In this document: positions 60,034 to 64,000 of the stretch, piece after piece
Numbering within the stretch: the stretch's first letter is position 1
Layout of the letters: the number at the start of each line of letters is the position of its first letter
NCBI GenBank assembly: GCA_001179505.1
Contig: CDMY01000462.1
Span: 1 to 64,000 of the forward strand
DNA length: 64,000 nucleotides
Direction of reading: 5' to 3'
Origin: Vitrella brassicaformis CCMP3155
Lineage: Eukaryota; Protista; Chromerida
Notes under the pieces: model-generated
Database searches by the model: none
What the model was told of the DNA's origin: nothing
The model's input: the letters and a program-made list of their open reading frames with translations, nothing else
Translations under genes and position numbers: made by a program

Positions 60034-62310
60034 CTACGCCCCGAAGATGGGCAGTGGCTCCTTCCGTCTCGCATGGCCTGCTCCCTGCCTTGGCACAGCG
60101 ACGACAGCGTGAGGCTCCCGAGGGATCAGCCGATCCCACGACGACTCGTCTTGATGCACAGCACCAGTTGGGCCAGAGGATTCACGCACAAGTGGGGCCA
60201 GCCACGCCAGAGATGCACTCAGCCAGTTGTCCGTAGACTGCCTTCTTGGCTGGATGTCGTGTGCTCTTCGAGCCGGTCTTGGGAGCGTCTCTTTCATCTG
60301 GTCGGTCATGATGTCTCCGTTACGTTGTGCTCTGTGCCGGATGAGAGCCCGCTCTACCCAGTGATGCCACTGGTGGAAAGGGATGGACCGCCGTTGGGCC
60401 TCTTCATACAGAGGTCTGGCGTCGACCGTGCACAGATCTTCCATGAATGGCGAGCTGAGCTTGCAGGCAAGGACCTGTGGCAGGCATGTCCGGGGGAGAG
60501 GGTGTTTGCCGAAGAACGGTGCACATTATTGACAGGTCTCACCGTCAGACGGAAGTATTCCTCTTTGTGGTCCTTGTGTCGCGGAGGCGGCGGGCCAACA
60601 TCTGATTGCACCTCGGTCTCTCTTACGGAGGCACGACCATTCTCCGCTGGCCCTTCCTTGATGCCCTGCAGGTCAAGAGGCGGGACGGGGTGTGCTTCAG
60701 CCTCGGCCACCTCTGCATGTTGGGACAAGACCTGGCTTGATGACCTGAGCGCTTTCTCTTCTCTCACCTAGCTGCATCGACTCGTGAAGCTCATCACGGA
60801 TGGACGAAAACTGCAAGCAGAGGGGTTGAGAAGCGAAGTGTTGTCAGAAAGAGCCGTGCCGCCTTCACTTACGCGTCTCTTTCTGTTGACAATATCTTCT
60901 GGGGACCCCGCCTCCGTCTCCTCATCATCACTCTCCTGGACCGGCTCCTGCTGCTGTGCTTGCATGGCGGCGATGGCTTGCTCGTATTCAGCCTTGTCGC
61001 GCTTGCTCTTCCTCAATGTGAAGTCGAGCACTGTCTGCAGGTCATGCAGCCGCCTTTGTTCGTCCACGAGCTCCTGCTGACATGACGCCAACTCGGTTTC
61101 AAGCTGGGGAGACGGGAGGAGGACAACAGGGATGTGACTATGTTGCTGTAGCGAGTGTCTCTGTGGCTGCACCTTAATGCATTGCTGTCTCCAGTGGTCG
61201 CATTTCTTTCGCCATTTGTCGGCCTCTCTCTCGCGAGTCTCTGCTAGCTCAGCCTTCTCTTGTAGTGCTGCAGGGCACCAACCACATACACACTCGGTAG
61301 ACAAGGACGCCCTGGGTGATAGATATCGTGTCTCACTGGAGATTTGCGCCTCCTGCCGTCGCGTCTTCTGCGTGGCTCTCGCGAGCGCGCCTGCGGAGAT
61401 ATGTGCCTGCTGTTGAGCAAAGAATGTCTCGTCATATGTGCTTCGTACCCTTCAGCGAAGCAACTTCGGCTGCAAGGTTGGCAACCTCGCCTCGGAGGGC
61501 ATCATCACTCTCCTGTAAATGACAGATTGTCGCATCCATGCGGCATGGGCATGGGGGGGGGGGATGCTATTTCCTTGTGTCTCTGTATCGGCTCCATACT
61601 TGCTCTTGTCTTTTCCTGTCACTGCCCGCCTCCGACGAACGACGGGACGCTGACGCGCGAAGAACCTGCAGCTCTGCCGTCAGCTCGCCCACCTGCAGCC
61701 ACCAATCATGGCGGTGAAGGGTCCTTATCTGAACAGCTGGCTGCATACCTGTGTTTCGGCCTCTGCTAGGGAACTTCTAAGTAGACCGATGCGACGCTCG
61801 TGAGAGCCCCTGTCCTGTGGATGTGCAGCAAGCAAGTCATATGGCGTGGTAGGCATGGTGCCGCGTCTCATCTGTCTGCCCCACCTCTACGAGTGTTCTG
61901 AGCTCTTCATTTTGCTTCTCCGCCAGCTCCCTCTCGCGGCGTTGCTCCTCCATCCTCTCGTAAAGGATACCACACTGGATGAAAACCACACACCAAGACG
62001 CATGAGAATTGGGGGTTTGTCCAGCTCCTTCGCACACCAGTTCGGCCGCCAATCGGCAGTCATCCCTTCGGAATCCCAGCCTGTCGTCGCCCCCGTCGTG
62101 TACTTCATGTGCACAGTATTTGTTGCGAAGGTCCCCCACGAGCACTGCCAGCTCACTGAGGGGCATCTCATGGCTCAGGAGGCCGTGGTCCGTTGTCGCA
62201 TCATGATAGCTGCTCGCCTTCCTCGGCCGCTCGTCTGCGTGGTCTTCATATACGGTGAGGTCGGACGTAGACGCAGCCCAGAGGGATGGGTAGCCTTTCG
62301 TCACAGACAT
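60034..62310 (-). CDS. Hypothetical coiled-coil protein
   Basis: ATG at 62310. Heptad exons RMEEQRRERELAEKQNEELRTLVE and QELVDEQRRLHDLQTVLDFTLRKSKRDK. C-terminal PLYEEAQRRSIPFHQWHHWVERAL. Stop at 60034. Confidence 0.7.
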
Positions 62311-63199
62311 CTCAAGGAATGGAGGGAGGGGAGAGAATTGGCGTCCAGAAGTCGAGATTTTCGCGTCATCGGATTTGCGGCCTCCCTAGCAAGCTGAGAC
62401 GAGTCCCGAACGAATGAGACATGATCCTTGAACAGGCTTACACACTGAGAGGCGCACCAAACTTCTTTCACTCGATTGTGTAGGTCGGTTTTGCGTATTC
62501 GCATGCACACACGCAGGCCTCACTCATTGTTGTCAATTACCCCTCCTCCCACACGTCTTCCCACCCACCCACCCAATCACTCACTCTCCCCCCTCCCCTG
62601 TACACCTACGTGTGAGTCGGAGAACAGCAAATACACAAGGCAGGCAGGCAGGCAGGCGGACGAGCATACAGGAGGAGAAAATTGAGCCTGGCTGACGGCG
62701 CCTCCAGTTTGTTTGGCGTAAGCAGCTGGCTCTCTCTTGCTTTTTGCTTCTTGCGTGTGTGTTTGTGTGTGTCTTGGTGTGTCTTGGTGTGTGTCTTTCC
62801 TTTCTTACTAAGACCGAAAAACCACATAAATCCAACTGACTGACATACGGACAAGAATGCAATGCAATCAATGGAGTCATGAACATACAAACGTATATGG
62901 TATGGATGGATGGATGGGCGAGCTGTGTGCATACACACACACACACGGGAACACTGGCACACTGGCACACAGGCAGCAAGGTTGGTTAGGTTAGGTTAGA
63001 TAACGATACGTAATCACCCCTCCCCCCTCCCTGTCCCTCTCCCCTGTACACAGACAAACAGGCAGACGACAGGTGGAGAGACGAAGAGAGAGACAGATAC
63101 ACACAAAACGGTACACAATTCTTTCCCCCCACTCCCTCCCACCCCTTATTCCTTATCCACCACACATCGACTGACTCATCGACTCCCTCGCTCATTCAT

Positions 63200-64000
63200 T
63201 CAGCCTCCGCCTTTCCTCCCCTTCCACCCCGACCACCTGCCCGTCCACAGAGCGCTGTTCGGCCGCCTCTCCCGCGGCACCACACTCGCCTTCTTGACGG
63301 CAGACGCTATCACGTTGATGGCGATCGACGGCGAACTCAGCAGCTCCAAACGCGGGTCGCTGTCACGACAGTGGACGCCTTCTTCCCTGCTGCTGCTGTG
63401 GTGCGTGTGTGACGTGGTGGCCGTGGTGGTGCCGTCCTCGGTGTGTGGGGGCGAGCAAGGCGGCCGCGGGAGGTGGGTGTGGGTGTGGGCGAGGGAGGGG
63501 GGTTGGCCGACGAAGCTCAGCATGCTGTCAGTGTTGGCGGCGATGGCAACATCGCCTCTGCACGGAGAGGTCTGCTCGTGTAGGAAGGGCAGCACATGGC
63601 GGGGCGTCTTGCCGCCTCCCCCCATCGTGAACGGCCGGCTGCCATGTGGTGTCCGGCTGTTCGGTGTGCGGCCGGCCGTGTTGGTGGCGTCGGACGCGTG
63701 TGATTGTGACGCAGTCGAGGTTCTGGGCGTGGTGCCGAGCGGGGTGTGGCCGTCTTCGACGTAGCCCGCCACGGCGTCGCACGCGTGGCGCACCGGGCTC
63801 TCCATGCACATGGGCCGGTCCTCTGCGTCTCCCTCAGGGTGCGCGAGAGGCGGCAGCTGCAGCTGGTCCATTGTCGCTCCACCGCCACCAAGCCCGCCAC
63901 CACCAGTGCCATTGCTGGTGCTGCCACAGGGGCTGAGTCCTTCGAAGGTCACCGGGCTGAAGTTGAAGTCGGCTTCGCTGTCGTTGCTGTCGCACTGCAT
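63200..64000 (-). CDS. Terminal exon of a gene starting beyond the window; disordered and S/T-P-rich
   Basis: 266-codon open frame with many SP/TP sites (ESPVR, TPRT, TPNSRTP, KTPR) and no domain. It is followed by a microsatellite-rich 3' region. Confidence 0.55.
   Translation of the reverse strand: MQCDSNDSEADFNFSPVTFEGLSPCGSTSNGTGGGGLGGGGATMDQLQLPPLAHPEGDAEDRPMCMESPVRHACDAVAGYVEDGHTPLGTTPRTSTASQSHASDATNTAGRTPNSRTPHGSRPFTMGGGGKTPRHVLPFLHEQTSPCRGDVAIAANTDSMLSFVGQPPSLAHTHTHLPRPPCSPPHTEDGTTTATTSHTHHSSSREEGVHCRDSDPRLELLSSPSIAINVIASAVKKASVVPRERRPNSALWTGRWSGWKGRKGGG

Overview
Eukaryotic, GC-rich, very intron-dense genomic DNA. Introns are about 60-150 nt, GT-AG, and filled with (CA)n/(GT)n, (GA)n, ACAG/CTGT and GGAT/ATCC microsatellites. 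Style, gene content and bipartite plastid-targeting leaders suggest a chromerid alga such as Vitrella brassicaformis (inference). Most long ORFs in the supplied track are antisense shadows or read through introns, so I spliced the genes by hand and exon borders are approximate. About 18 protein-coding genes or gene fragments, in order: BTB/KCTD-type (partial); a pseudogene and repeat graveyard at 3-7.5 kb; a GAF + atypical bZIP-like protein; a Crinkler-like Ubl + PD-(D/E)xK nuclease; a CRT-like transporter; a mitochondrial GcvT-like protein; an LRR + Cys-rich + multi-TM receptor-like protein; a lineage-specific hypothetical; a plastid SOUL heme-binding protein; a P/U-type cyclin; a plastid trypsin-like protease; a plastid hypothetical; a SET + 2xPHD protein; a TRAIP-like RING ligase; NAD(P)HX epimerase; DUF1445; an RNI-like LRR protein; a coiled-coil protein; and a partial gene at the right edge. 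Best leads: (1) a densely base-paired ~380-nt intergenic segment at 58.4-58.8 kb (candidate ncRNA); (2) the possibly myristoylated Ubl-nuclease gene; (3) the GAF-bZIP candidate sensor transcription factor, head-to-head with that nuclease; (4) five compact divergent gene pairs, some with palindromic or GATC-rich promoters. No database search or folding program was run.
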